The notes under the pieces: model-generated
What the model was told of the DNA's origin: nothing
Seen by the model: the letters and a program-made list of their open reading frames with translations, nothing else
Databases searched by the model: none
Part shown: piece by piece, positions 32,331 through 41,979 of the stretch
Layout: the number at the start of each line of letters is the position of its first letter
Position numbering within the stretch: position 1 is the stretch's first letter
Source: a bacterium
GTDB lineage: Bacteria > UBA8248
NCBI GenBank assembly: GCA_965199855.1
Contig: OZ241326.1
Coordinates: 512,001-576,000 of the forward strand
Length of the DNA: 64,000 nt
Reading direction: 5' to 3'
Made by a program: the position numbers and the translations under genes

Positions 32331-34205
32331 TTGACTGAATACGCATACGCGGGAGAAATCCTCCGGGTCGATCTCTCGGGCGCGAAGGTCTGGGCGCAGA
32401 GGTTCGAGGAAGCCGCCGAGCCCAGGAAGTGGGTGGGCGGCGCGGGCCTGGGCGCCAGGATCCTGTGGGACGAGGTGCCGCCCGAGGCGGGCTGGGATCA
32501 CCCGGAGAACCGCCTCGTCATGGCGACGGGCCCCCTGGCGGGCCTGCCGGTCTGGGGGACGGGCGGGCTGACCGTGGTGACGCGGGGCGCGCTCACCAAC
32601 GGGGCGACCAACACCCAGGCGAACGGGTTTTTCGGCGCGAACCTCAAGTATTGCGGCTACGACGCCATCGCGCTTCAGGGGGAATCGCCCGACTGGGTCT
32701 GGCTCCACATCCATGACGGGGGGGCGGAGCTTCGGGACGCCGCCGAGCTGCTGGGCAAAGACACCTGGGAGACGCAGGAGGCGCTTGAGGAGAAGCTCGG
32801 GCTGAGCGGCCACGGCCTGAGCGTCTACAGCATCGGGCCGGCGGGCGAGAGCCTCGTGCGCTTCGCCGCCATCCAGGGCGACTACGGCCACGTGGCGAGC
32901 AAGAACGGCTGCGGCGCCGTCATGGGGAAGAAGAAGCTGAAGGCGGTGGCGATCGAGCGCGGCAAGAAGGGGGTGGCCGCCGCCCATCCCAAGGCGCTTT
33001 TCGCGGCGGCGGACGACATCGCCCACAGCCTGAAGAACGACCCCTCCACGAGGGGGCTGTATCTCTACGGCACCCTGGGCGGCGTGCGGAACCTCCAGGG
33101 CATGGGCGCGCTCCCGATTCGCAACTACACGACGAACGTGTGGCCCGAAGAGGTCGAGACGAAGCAGTGGGAGGCCAGCGGCCTGCGCGAGGGCTTCGAC
33201 CACCGGGGCCATCAGTGCAGCGCGTGCGGGATGCACCATTGCCACATGCACGTCATCTCCTCGGGCCCCTACAGGGGGCAGGTGGTGGACGAGCCGGAAT
33301 ACGAGGGCTGGTCGGGGGCGGGCTGGACGATCGGGGCCACGGACCCCCAGCAGGTCACCTGGATGAACACGCGGCTGGATCGCGCCTGCGTGGACGTGAA
33401 CGAGTTCGGCTGGCTCTGCGGCTGGGTGATGGAGTGCCGGCAGAAGGGCTACATCACGGATGGCGACCTGGGCTTCCGCCTCGAATGGGGGGACATCGAG
33501 GGGGCGAACAGGCTGCTCGACATGATTTGCAGGCGCGAGGGCATGGGCGACCTTCTGGCCGAGGGCACGAAGATCGCGGCGGAGAAGCTCGGCGGAGACG
33601 CGCGCGACTGCGCCATCTACACGGAGATCGGAAACTCCCCCCGCGGCCACGACCACCGCTCCCGCTGGGAGGAGATGATCGACACCTGCACCGGCTCCGG
33701 CGGGACGCTGGACACCGCCCCGCCCGTGTTTCCCACGGACTATGGCCTGCCGGCGCGCGTAGAGCCCCAGGACCCGGAGGCGGTGCCCAGGCTCGTGGGC
33801 GGCCTCCGGGGGCGCCGCGCGTTCGAGGATTCCCTGGGGGCGTGCGTGTTCACCACGCGCGCGCCGATGGACGTCCTGTGCCGCTCCATCCAGGCGGCCA
33901 CCGGCTGGGACGTGGACAAGGAGGAGGCCATACGGACCGGCCGGCGCATCAACGCCCTGATGCGCGCGTTCAATTTGCGCTGCGGCATCGGCCCCGAGGT
34001 CGAGAAGCCCTCCAGACGCTACGGCTCGACGCCGGCGGACGGGCCGATCGCGGGCGTCTCGATCATGGAGCAGTGGGAGAAGATGCTCGACATCTGGTAC
34101 GAGACGGTGGGCTACGACAGGGAGACGGGGCGGCCGAGGCCCGAGATTCTGCGCGAACTCGACCTCGAGGACGTAGCCGAGGCGCTGTGGGGCGCGGGCG
34201 TCTAG
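32331..34205 (+). CDS. Aldehyde:ferredoxin oxidoreductase family (AOR/WOR, tungstopterin) catalytic subunit
   Basis: ILRVDLS, PENRLV.ATGPL, SIGPAGE.LVRFAAI, G.GAVMGKKKLKA, CSACGMHHC, EPEYE, DSLGACVF. Confidence 0.88.
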   Translation: MTEYAYAGEILRVDLSGAKVWAQRFEEAAEPRKWVGGAGLGARILWDEVPPEAGWDHPENRLVMATGPLAGLPVWGTGGLTVVTRGALTNGATNTQANGFFGANLKYCGYDAIALQGESPDWVWLHIHDGGAELRDAAELLGKDTWETQEALEEKLGLSGHGLSVYSIGPAGESLVRFAAIQGDYGHVASKNGCGAVMGKKKLKAVAIERGKKGVAAAHPKALFAAADDIAHSLKNDPSTRGLYLYGTLGGVRNLQGMGALPIRNYTTNVWPEEVETKQWEASGLREGFDHRGHQCSACGMHHCHMHVISSGPYRGQVVDEPEYEGWSGAGWTIGATDPQQVTWMNTRLDRACVDVNEFGWLCGWVMECRQKGYITDGDLGFRLEWGDIEGANRLLDMICRREGMGDLLAEGTKIAAEKLGGDARDCAIYTEIGNSPRGHDHRSRWEEMIDTCTGSGGTLDTAPPVFPTDYGLPARVEPQDPEAVPRLVGGLRGRRAFEDSLGACVFTTRAPMDVLCRSIQAATGWDVDKEEAIRTGRRINALMRAFNLRCGIGPEVEKPSRRYGSTPADGPIAGVSIMEQWEKMLDIWYETVGYDRETGRPRPEILRELDLEDVAEALWGAGV

Positions 34206-34232
34206 TGCCCGCTCCGCCCGGGGGCCGCGCCC

Positions 34233-34559
34233 GTGAGCGAGCCGGAAGGCGCCGGGAGGATTCGCGTCCGGCTGGAGTTCATCTCCTGGGCTTCAACCTT
34301 CGTGGGCGGAGACGGAAACGAGCGCAAGCTTTTCGAGGAGGAGGCTCCCGAGGGCGCCACCCTGCGCGAGGTTCTCAAGCGGATGAGCCGGCGCTTCCGC
34401 GCTCTGGACGAGGCGCTCTGGCACGACGGCTCGGACGAGCTGGCCGAGCATCTGGAGATCGCCGTCAACGACGCGCTCCTGGGCATTCGCCACACGCTCG
34501 ACTCCGAGATGAAGGAGGGCGACCTCATCCTCCTCATGGGGCAATACATGGGCGGGTGA
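34233..34559 (+). CDS. MoaD/ThiS family sulfur carrier
   Basis: 108 aa beta-grasp-like, IAVND, C-terminal GG; follows AOR. Confidence 0.8.
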   Translation: MSEPEGAGRIRVRLEFISWASTFVGGDGNERKLFEEEAPEGATLREVLKRMSRRFRALDEALWHDGSDELAEHLEIAVNDALLGIRHTLDSEMKEGDLILLMGQYMGG

Positions 34560-34655
34560 GCGCGAAGGCGCTGTCTATAAGGACCCTTGAATCCGCAGTC
34601 CTTTCATCAGGGCTTCCATTCCACGTTCGACCGATGCGCTTCTCTGAATCGTTTT

Positions 34656-35591
34656 TCATGGTCCAAAGGCGTTGATGAATTTCCTCGCGAGGTCGAAGCT
34701 CATTCTCCGCCTGTAAAAGCCGTCGTCGCGCATTCCCTTGAACGGGGTCAGGAAAACGTCGGCGGTATCGCGTCGAAACAGTCTGATATGATGATTCAGC
34801 TTTTCCGCCAGCGCGGGAACGTTCCGGAAATCGCTGCTGATGCGGGTGATAAACCTGGAAGATGCCTTGACGGGGTAATCTTCTATTTCCTTCGCGTCGC
34901 AAAACCTGATGGAGGGCTCTCTCGTGTTGTCAAACGATATGAATCCCAAATCGCCCCGGGGGTCGTTGAATCTCAGAACGCTGTCATTTTTCTCGACGGG
35001 CAGGCTTTTTCGCATGGCGTCGAGGGCGCCCATATATCTGTTGTCATAATAAACGCCTACGTCCCGACTCCGCTGGCTGTCGAACAGCGCCAGACATGCC
35101 GGATTTTCCGTATCGCTGAACATGGCGTCGTGCAGCAGCACGTAACTCCTCAGACGGGAGCGAAACAATCCGGCGTGCAAAAAACTTCCCGGAATCAGAA
35201 TGGCGACGTGTTCGCAATGGTTCAGGCATAATTCCAGGCAGTGCTTGTAGAGATCGTCATATCGGGAATCCGGAAATTCCAGCCCCCGGCGCGTGGCGGA
35301 ATTGCGGGCGAGCCAGGGCGGATTCGTAACGCATACGTCATATCCTTTCGGGAAATTCGCTATGGTGTTTCGTTTTTTTACGTCCCTGTTCGCCGGTGCC
35401 ACGTCATAGGAGGCGAATTCGTTGCACGCGCCCATCTCCCGCAAGGCGCGGATAATGTGGTTCGCTCCGGCGAACGGCTCCAGGACGCGCGCGTGAGGCA
35501 GGCGGGCCGCTTTCGCCCATCGCCTGAATGGATCGAAATTGAAGGGGTTGCCTCTGGTGTAGAATTGACCTCGCGCGCGCTTGCGGCTCAT
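34656..35591 (-). CDS. Orphan DNA methyltransferase-like protein (N6-adenine, gamma-type motif order)
   Basis: GQFYT (motif X), EPFAGAN (motif I), VTNPPW (motif IV); lower GC than flanks. Confidence 0.7.
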   Translation of the reverse strand: MSRKRARGQFYTRGNPFNFDPFRRWAKAARLPHARVLEPFAGANHIIRALREMGACNEFASYDVAPANRDVKKRNTIANFPKGYDVCVTNPPWLARNSATRRGLEFPDSRYDDLYKHCLELCLNHCEHVAILIPGSFLHAGLFRSRLRSYVLLHDAMFSDTENPACLALFDSQRSRDVGVYYDNRYMGALDAMRKSLPVEKNDSVLRFNDPRGDLGFISFDNTREPSIRFCDAKEIEDYPVKASSRFITRISSDFRNVPALAEKLNHHIRLFRRDTADVFLTPFKGMRDDGFYRRRMSFDLARKFINAFGP

Positions 35592-35707
35592 CGCTCCGTT
35601 CAATGTCGCCGGACGGCAATGGCGGATTTTCCTGCTGTCATCTTATGAACGAGCCTCGAAGTCAACGCCTTTCGCGCGCTCCCGTCCCCTGCGCGGGAGC
35701 GGCGCGC

Positions 35708-36172
35708 TCAGAGCGGATGGTTCGGGTCGAGCATCCCCAGAAACGCGGCGCACCTCTCGGCTTCGGCGGATTCGCCGATGGCGGCGGCGCATTGCGCCAG
35801 CCCGTGGACGGCGCGCAGGAAGGGCCGGTTGGCGGGGATTTCCCAGGGGATGCGCCCGTCGCCGCGCCAGCCCGAGGCGCGCGCCTTGTCCAGCCCCCGG
35901 TGGTAGGCGACCCGGAAGAAGGCGTACGCCCCGATCGCGTCCTCGCCGGCGAGGGCGACGCGCCCCAGCGCCACCCAGCCGGAGAGGGCGTCGGGATGCC
36001 GCGCCGCCAGCGCCTTCAGCTTCTCCAGGGAGCGCTCGCGCTTCTCCCCGCCCGCCAGAACCTCGTCGCGCAGCCGATCCGCCGCGCCGAGCGCCTCCGG
36101 CTCGGGCGGAAGGGAGGCGCCGGGAATCGCGCCGGAGGCGATGTCGAGCAGGTCGTCCGCTTCGTCGGGCAT
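35708..36172 (-). CDS. DUF3151 family protein
   Basis: AYAFFRVAYHRGLD..R..GWRG.G.IPW....NR.FLR matches my recollection of DUF3151. Confidence 0.75.
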   Translation of the reverse strand: MPDEADDLLDIASGAIPGASLPPEPEALGAADRLRDEVLAGGEKRERSLEKLKALAARHPDALSGWVALGRVALAGEDAIGAYAFFRVAYHRGLDKARASGWRGDGRIPWEIPANRPFLRAVHGLAQCAAAIGESAEAERCAAFLGMLDPNHPL

Positions 36173-36267
36173 GGCGGCTTTCCTCCTTCGGAAGAGAGAA
36201 TTTCCGGCGGCATTATACCCCGAATCCGGCTGGATGGCTCCTCCCGCGGACGCCGCCGCGCCGGGGA

Positions 36268-36296
36268 TTGACGCCCCCGAATCGCTTTGCTAGCTT
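36268..36296 (+). promoter_or_regulatory. Sigma70-type promoter for glyA
   Basis: TTGACG-17 bp-TAGCTT with TGn extended -10. Confidence 0.5.
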
Positions 36297-36361
36297 CTCG
36301 CCGCCCTGTGAATTTCCACCCGCTTCCCGCGCGCCTGAAAATCAAACGGAGGTCCCGCGAG

Positions 36362-37618
36362 ATGCCCTCAGCGCTTGAGCTCGCCGATCCCGACGTCTTC
36401 GCCGCCATGGAGAATGAAAAGCGGCGCCAGGCGGACGAGCTCGAACTCATCGCCTCGGAGAACTACGTGAGCCGGGCGGTGATGGAGGCGGCGGGCGGCG
36501 TGATGACCAACAAATACGCGGAGGGCCTGCCGGGGAAGCGCTACTACGGCGGCTGCCGGTTCGTGGACGCGGCGGAATCCCTCGCCATCGAGCGGGCGAA
36601 GGCGCTTTTCGGCGCGGATCACGCCTGCGTGCAGCCGCACAGCGGCGCCCAGGCGAACGCCGCGGTCTATTACGGCCTGATGGAGCCGGGCGACACCCTG
36701 CTGGGCATGAACCTCTCCCACGGGGGGCACCTCACCCACGGCCACCCCGTCACCTTCTCGGGCCGCTGGTTCAACGTGGTCGCCTACGGGGTGGACCCCG
36801 AGAACCACGTCATCGACTTCGGTGAGGTGGAGGCGCAGGCCAGGGCGCATCGGCCCAAGGTCATCGTCGCGGGGGCGAGCGCGTATCCGCGCTCGATGGA
36901 CTACGCGCGCTTCCGGGAGATCGCGGACGAGACGGGCGCCGTGGTGATGGCGGACGTCGCCCACGTAGCGGGGCTCATCGCGGGCGGGGCGCACCCCAGC
37001 CCGGCGGGCCACGCGCAGATCATCACCACCACGACGCACAAGACGCTGCGGGGCCCCCGCGGCGGCATGATTCTTTGCGACGAGGACTACGCGGCGCGGA
37101 TGAGCAAGGCCGTCTTCCCCGGGCTTCAGGGCGGGCCGCTCATGCACGTCATCGCGGCGAAGGCGGTGGCGCTCAGGGAGGCGGCCGCCCCCGGCTTCAG
37201 GGACTACGCGGCGCAGGTCGTGAAGAACGCGAAGGCGCTCGCGGCCGCGCTCCTTCGGCGCGGGGTTCATCTCGTGTCGGGCGGCACGGACAACCACCTG
37301 CTCCTGCTGGATCTGCGCGAGGCCGGCTTCAGCGGGAAGAAGGCGGAGGCCGCCCTGGGCCGGGCGGGGATCACGGTGAACAAGAACGCGATTCCCTACG
37401 ACGCGAGAAAGCCGGCGCTCACGAGCGGGATTCGCGTCGGGACGCCCGCGCTGACCTCGCGCGGCATGAAGGAGGCCGAGATGGAGGCGGTGGGCGGCTG
37501 GATGGCCGACGCGCTCGCCGACGTCGAGGACGAGTCGCGCATCGCCTCGGTGCGCGGGGACGTCCGCTCGCTTTGCGAAAAATTCCCGATGGGGCCGGAG
37601 GGCGCCAGACCGGAGTAG
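36362..37618 (+). CDS. glyA: Serine hydroxymethyltransferase
   Basis: [46 protein letters not shown]. Confidence 0.97.
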   Translation: MPSALELADPDVFAAMENEKRRQADELELIASENYVSRAVMEAAGGVMTNKYAEGLPGKRYYGGCRFVDAAESLAIERAKALFGADHACVQPHSGAQANAAVYYGLMEPGDTLLGMNLSHGGHLTHGHPVTFSGRWFNVVAYGVDPENHVIDFGEVEAQARAHRPKVIVAGASAYPRSMDYARFREIADETGAVVMADVAHVAGLIAGGAHPSPAGHAQIITTTTHKTLRGPRGGMILCDEDYAARMSKAVFPGLQGGPLMHVIAAKAVALREAAAPGFRDYAAQVVKNAKALAAALLRRGVHLVSGGTDNHLLLLDLREAGFSGKKAEAALGRAGITVNKNAIPYDARKPALTSGIRVGTPALTSRGMKEAEMEAVGGWMADALADVEDESRIASVRGDVRSLCEKFPMGPEGARPE

Positions 37619-37632
37619 CGCGGCTCCCCGCC

Positions 37633-39045
37633 CTACGGGGGCGGCCTTTCCACTTTCGCGATTCCCGTCTTTTCCATCTGATGCGCGAGCGCCAGCGTCC
37701 GGTGATCCTCGAAGGGCGCGCCCATGATCTGCGCGCCGAGCGGCAGGCCCTCCGCGCTCATGCCGGCGGGAAGCGCCGTGGCCGGCCCCCCGAAGAAGTT
37801 CCAGAGCCTCGTCAGGGAGATCAGGAGCGCGCGGATTTCCACCTCCCTGCCCCGGACGACGGCGGACGAGGCGGAGCGCGGGGCGGCGGGAATCGGCGTG
37901 GCGGCGGAGAGGAGGAGGTCCGCCCGGCCGAAGACTTCCCTGTGGACGCGCCTCGCCCACTGCTCCCTGAATCTGAGCGCCTGGATATAGGAGGCGGCGG
38001 GGATGAAGAAGCCGGGCCGGATTCTCTCGATGACGCCCGGGTCGAAGTCCCCCGCTCTTTCCCGGACGTTCTTCTCGTGCGCGGCCGCGGCCTCCGAGAC
38101 CATCACCACGGACGCCGCGTGAAGCGCGCTTTCGACGTCGGGAATCTCGACGTCGAATACCCTGGCGCCCGCCTCCCCGAGCGCGCGGGCGAGCCTCTCC
38201 ACCGCCTCCGCCACGGAAGGCTCCGAGCGTCCCTCGTAGAAGGAGCGCGCGTGGCCGACGCGGAGTCCCTCGATGGGCGCGTTCAGCGCGCCCATGAAGT
38301 CGGGCGGCCCGCAGGGGACGGAGGAGGCGTCGTCCGGGTCGCGTCCGGCGACGGCGGACATCATCAGCGCGCAGTCCTCGGCGGATCGCGCCAGCGGCCC
38401 GAAGGAGTCGAGCGACCACGAGAGCGGCGCGCATTTCGATTTCGGGACGAGGCCGTGGGTGGGCTTGTGTCCGACCACGCCGCACAGCGACGCGGGAATG
38501 CGGATGGAGCCGCCCGTGTCGGAGCCGATGGCGATGGAGACCTGCCCCGTCGCCGCGCTGTTGCCCGAGCCGCCGCTCGAGCCGCCGCTCATCCGCTCCG
38601 CGTCCCAGGGGTTCTTCTGATCCCCGTAATGGGGGTTGCGTCCGGTGGGGCCGAAGGCGAACTCGTGCAGGTTCAGCTTGCCGAAAATCACGCCGCCGGC
38701 GCGGCGTATCCTCCGCGTCAGGGGGGCGTCGGAGTCCGCCGCGCCCTCCTTGTCGATGACGCCGCCCGCCGTCGTGGGCAGCCCTTCCGCGTCGATGAGG
38801 TCCTTCAGGCCGATCGGCGCGCCGGCCAGGGGTCCCGGGTCGCCGCCCCGCTCGACGGCGGCGTCCACCTCCCGCGCCGCCCGCATGGCGCCCTCCGCGT
38901 CGAGCGCGATCCAGGAGTTCAGCGCCTTCCCGACGCGCTCCGCGCGCTCCAGGTGCGCCTCGGCGACCCGGACGGCGGTGAACTTTCTTTCCCTGACGCC
39001 CGCGGCGATTCGCGCGGCGGTGAGGTTCGCGAGATCGCCGCTCAC
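37633..39045 (-). CDS. Amidase signature family enzyme
   Basis: GLKDLI, GGSSGGS, GSDTGGSIRIPASLCG (Lys-Ser-Ser triad); GTG start. Confidence 0.9.
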   Translation of the reverse strand: MSGDLANLTAARIAAGVRERKFTAVRVAEAHLERAERVGKALNSWIALDAEGAMRAAREVDAAVERGGDPGPLAGAPIGLKDLIDAEGLPTTAGGVIDKEGAADSDAPLTRRIRRAGGVIFGKLNLHEFAFGPTGRNPHYGDQKNPWDAERMSGGSSGGSGNSAATGQVSIAIGSDTGGSIRIPASLCGVVGHKPTHGLVPKSKCAPLSWSLDSFGPLARSAEDCALMMSAVAGRDPDDASSVPCGPPDFMGALNAPIEGLRVGHARSFYEGRSEPSVAEAVERLARALGEAGARVFDVEIPDVESALHAASVVMVSEAAAAHEKNVRERAGDFDPGVIERIRPGFFIPAASYIQALRFREQWARRVHREVFGRADLLLSAATPIPAAPRSASSAVVRGREVEIRALLISLTRLWNFFGGPATALPAGMSAEGLPLGAQIMGAPFEDHRTLALAHQMEKTGIAKVERPPP

Positions 39046-39046
39046 C

Positions 39047-39247
39047 CTATTTCTCCCTCGCCAGGGAGCGCAGAAAGCCCGCGTGTCCGGCCGGCTCCGT
39101 CTGCGGGGAGAGCCGCTCCAGCAGCGCGGGGCGTCCGCGATCGAGGGCTTCGAGGGCGGCCGCGATGGCGGCGCGCCTCTCCGGGTCGAGCGCGTCTCCG
39201 AAGGCGTCGGCGCAACGGATCTTGAGGGCGTCGTCTGAAATCGCCAT
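39047..39247 (-). CDS. Small 66-aa helical protein immediately upstream of amidase (possible GatC/AtzG-like partner)
   Basis: ATG preceded by GGAGG SD; stop 1 nt before amidase GTG; amphipathic helices and a C-terminal EP motif. Confidence 0.55.
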   Translation of the reverse strand: MAISDDALKIRCADAFGDALDPERRAAIAAALEALDRGRPALLERLSPQTEPAGHAGFLRSLAREK

Positions 39248-39453
39248 GGCGTCCTCCCGGAAAGCGCGGCGCGCGCTGAGGGGCGGCTCGTTCGTTCGCG
39301 GATGGACGCATGATGCTTCGTCTCGCCCGGCATTGCAATCGCGGACGCGAAGGCGGCGCGGGCTTTCGCTTCGCCCGCGGGCGGTTGCCTCCGCGCGGGC
39401 GCGGGGGCAAAATGCGGGGCGCGTCCTTTTCATCCGCCCCGCCGGAGGCGTCC

Positions 39454-40101
39454 GTGAGCAGATTCGCAGGGCCCCTTCTCATCGCCGCGCTCCTGCCCCT
39501 GTGGGCGGGGGGGTGCGTGCCCGTGGGCGTCATGGTCGCCAAGAAAACCCTGACCTCCGCTCTGGAGGATCGCTCCTTCGAGCAGGGGCTTGAAGACGCG
39601 AAAATACACGCGCATCTGCTGAAGGAGTATTTGCGGGTCGATAGCGGCCTGCCCGTGGACGTGAACACGGACGTGTGGGAGGGGCGGGCGCTGCTCACCG
39701 GCGCGGTGGACGCGGCGTGGAAGCGCGAGGCCGTCCTGCGCATCGCGCGCGGCGACCCGCGGATACGCGCCCTGTACGATCACATCCTCCTGGGTTCCGC
39801 GGACGGGGCGGAGCGCGGCCGCGCGGCGGCGGGGACGGCGCCGGCGGAGGAGCGCGACATCGTGAAAATCGGCCGAATCGCCGGCGATGCGTGGATAAAG
39901 GCCAAGCTCAAGGCGCAGTTTCTGGCGACGGAGGGCGTGCGCTCCGTGAACTACCGCTGGCAGTCCGCGCGAGGCAGGGTCTACATCATCGGCCGGGCGA
40001 GGACGGAGCAGGAGAAGAAGATCGTCCTCCAGATCATTCGCGGAACGAAGGGCGTCCTCCGCGTCCGCGAGTATATCGAGATAAAGCCGCCGCGGCGGTA
40101 G
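39454..40101 (+). CDS. BON-domain lipoprotein (DolP/OsmY-like)
   Basis: Lipobox WAGGC; two BON repeats (DAKIHAHL..., DAWIKAKLKAQFL...). Confidence 0.85.
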   Translation: MSRFAGPLLIAALLPLWAGGCVPVGVMVAKKTLTSALEDRSFEQGLEDAKIHAHLLKEYLRVDSGLPVDVNTDVWEGRALLTGAVDAAWKREAVLRIARGDPRIRALYDHILLGSADGAERGRAAAGTAPAEERDIVKIGRIAGDAWIKAKLKAQFLATEGVRSVNYRWQSARGRVYIIGRARTEQEKKIVLQIIRGTKGVLRVREYIEIKPPRR

Positions 40102-40142
40102 GGCTTCCGAAAATTCTCCCCCCGGGTCCGGCTTCCGGATAG

Positions 40143-41157
40143 ATGATTCGCCTGAGCGTTCTGGATCAGTCCCCCGTCCGCGCGGGAGGGACGGCGGCGG
40201 AGGCCATCGGCGAGACCGTCCGGCTGGCGCGGGCGGCCGAGCGTCTGGGCTATCACCGCTACTGGCTGGCGGAGCACCACAGCCACGGGGCGTTCGCGGG
40301 CACCTCGCCCGAGGTGCTGATCGGCCGCATCGCCGCGGCGACGAGCCGCATTCGCGTGGGCTCGGGCGGGGTGATGCTCAGCCACTACAGCGCGCTCAAG
40401 GTGGCCGAATCCTTCCGGGTTCTGGAGACGCTCCACCCGGGCCGCATCGACCTGGGGCTGGGCCGCGCCCCCGGCGCGGACAGGCTCGCCTCCGCCGCCC
40501 CTGGCGGCCGCCCCGGGCGGCTTTCGCTACGATGATTTTCCGCAGAAGGTCTCCGACCTTCAGGGCTGGCTGGAGGGGCCGCTGCCGGAGGGCCACCCCT
40601 TCGCCCGCGTGCGCGCCATGCCCGACGGAGAGACGGCGCCCGAGGTGTGGCTTCTGGGAACCTCGGGTCAAAGCGCGATTCTCGCCGCGCGCTTCGGCTG
40701 CGCGTTTTCCTTCGCCCACTTCATCAGCGCGCGCGGCAGCGTTCAGGTGATGGACATGTATCGCAGGGATTTTCGCCCCTCCGCCCGATGGAAAGCCCCC
40801 GCGGGAAGCCTCGGCGTTTTCGTGATTTGCGCCCCGACCGAGGAGGAGGCGCTCTACCACGCGGCGAGTAGGCCCCTCGTGATGCTCAGGAGCCGCCGCG
40901 GCGAGGGAGGCGGCGTGCCCGCGCCCGAGGAGGCGCTCGCCTATCCGTGGACGGAAGCCGAGCGCGCCTTCGCGCGGGATATCGACAGCAGAACCATCGC
41001 GGGGGACCCCGATCAGGTCGAACGGGCGCTCCGGGAGCTGGCCTCCGCGCACGGGGTCGATGAGCTCGTCATCGTGAACGTGATGCACAGCTTCGAGGCG
41101 AGGCTCAAGTCCTACGAGCTTCTGGCGGAGGCGTTCGGACTGGGGGAAGCATCCTAG
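40143..41157 (+). pseudogene. Luciferase-like monooxygenase (YhbW/MsnO8-type LLM), frameshifted at C-run 40498-40501
   Basis: LSVLDQSP, RYWLAEHH, IRVGSGGVMLSHYS, GRAPG in first frame; [24 protein letters not shown] in second frame; removing one C restores the frame. Confidence 0.85.
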
Positions 41158-41273
41158 CCCCTTCGACCCGCGAGGCTCCTTCTGCTACCCTTCGGCGCGT
41201 TTTCGGGGTTCATTTTCCGCTCGCGCGCGCCTGGGGCGCGTTCGCGTCCGCCGCTGTCCGAAAGGAGCGATTC

Positions 41274-41771
41274 ATGGGGCTTTCCGCCGTAATGACGACG
41301 AGCCGGGGCGAGATACGGCTCGATTTGCATGAGGACAAGGCGCCGGTGACGGCGGCGAGCTTCGTGAACCTCGTCCGGCGGGGCTTCTACGACGGCCTCG
41401 TCTTTCACCGCGTCATCGCCGACTTCATGATTCAGGGCGGCTGCCCCGCGGGCACGGGGAGGGGCGGGCCCGGCTATCAGTTCGAGGACGAGTGCTCGCC
41501 CGATCTGCTCCACGACGGCGCGGGCGTCCTCTCGATGGCGAACGCGGGGCCGGGGACGAACGGCTCGCAGTTTTTCATCACCCACGTCCCCACCGCCTGG
41601 CTCGACGGCAAGCACACCGTTTTCGGGCGCGTCGCCTCCGGCCAGGAGGTGGTGGACGCGGTCGAGCAGGGCGACGCGATAGAGAAAATCGAAATCGAGG
41701 GCGACGCCTCCGCCCTGCTCGAGGCGCAAAAGGACAGAATCGCCGCGTGGAACGAGGCGCTGGACGCCTAG
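41274..41771 (+). CDS. Cyclophilin-type peptidyl-prolyl cis-trans isomerase
   Basis: [47 protein letters not shown]. Confidence 0.95.
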   Translation: MGLSAVMTTSRGEIRLDLHEDKAPVTAASFVNLVRRGFYDGLVFHRVIADFMIQGGCPAGTGRGGPGYQFEDECSPDLLHDGAGVLSMANAGPGTNGSQFFITHVPTAWLDGKHTVFGRVASGQEVVDAVEQGDAIEKIEIEGDASALLEAQKDRIAAWNEALDA

Positions 41772-41979
41772 ACGCGCGGGCGGGGAGCGGACGCCGGCAG
41801 GCTTCTTTTCTTCGGGGCGCTCGCGAGCGTCTCCCCCGCCCGGCCGTTCTCTCCCGCGCTCTCTCTCTCTGAGGGCCTCCCCCCGGCCTTCCCCCCGGGA
41901 TGCCGCGAACCCGGAAATGGGGTATGCTTGCGGGGATTCTACATTTTCGCGCGCGCGTTCAAGCGGGGAGCGCAAGCCT

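Noticed and set aside
35640-35665. Minus-strand TTGACT...TAAGAT promoter for the orphan MTase
   Set aside because: Spacer is only 14 bp
36297-36361. Possible ZTP (pfl) riboswitch upstream of glyA
   Set aside because: Leader is short and lacks the GACUGGCG and GCCUGGGC consensus elements
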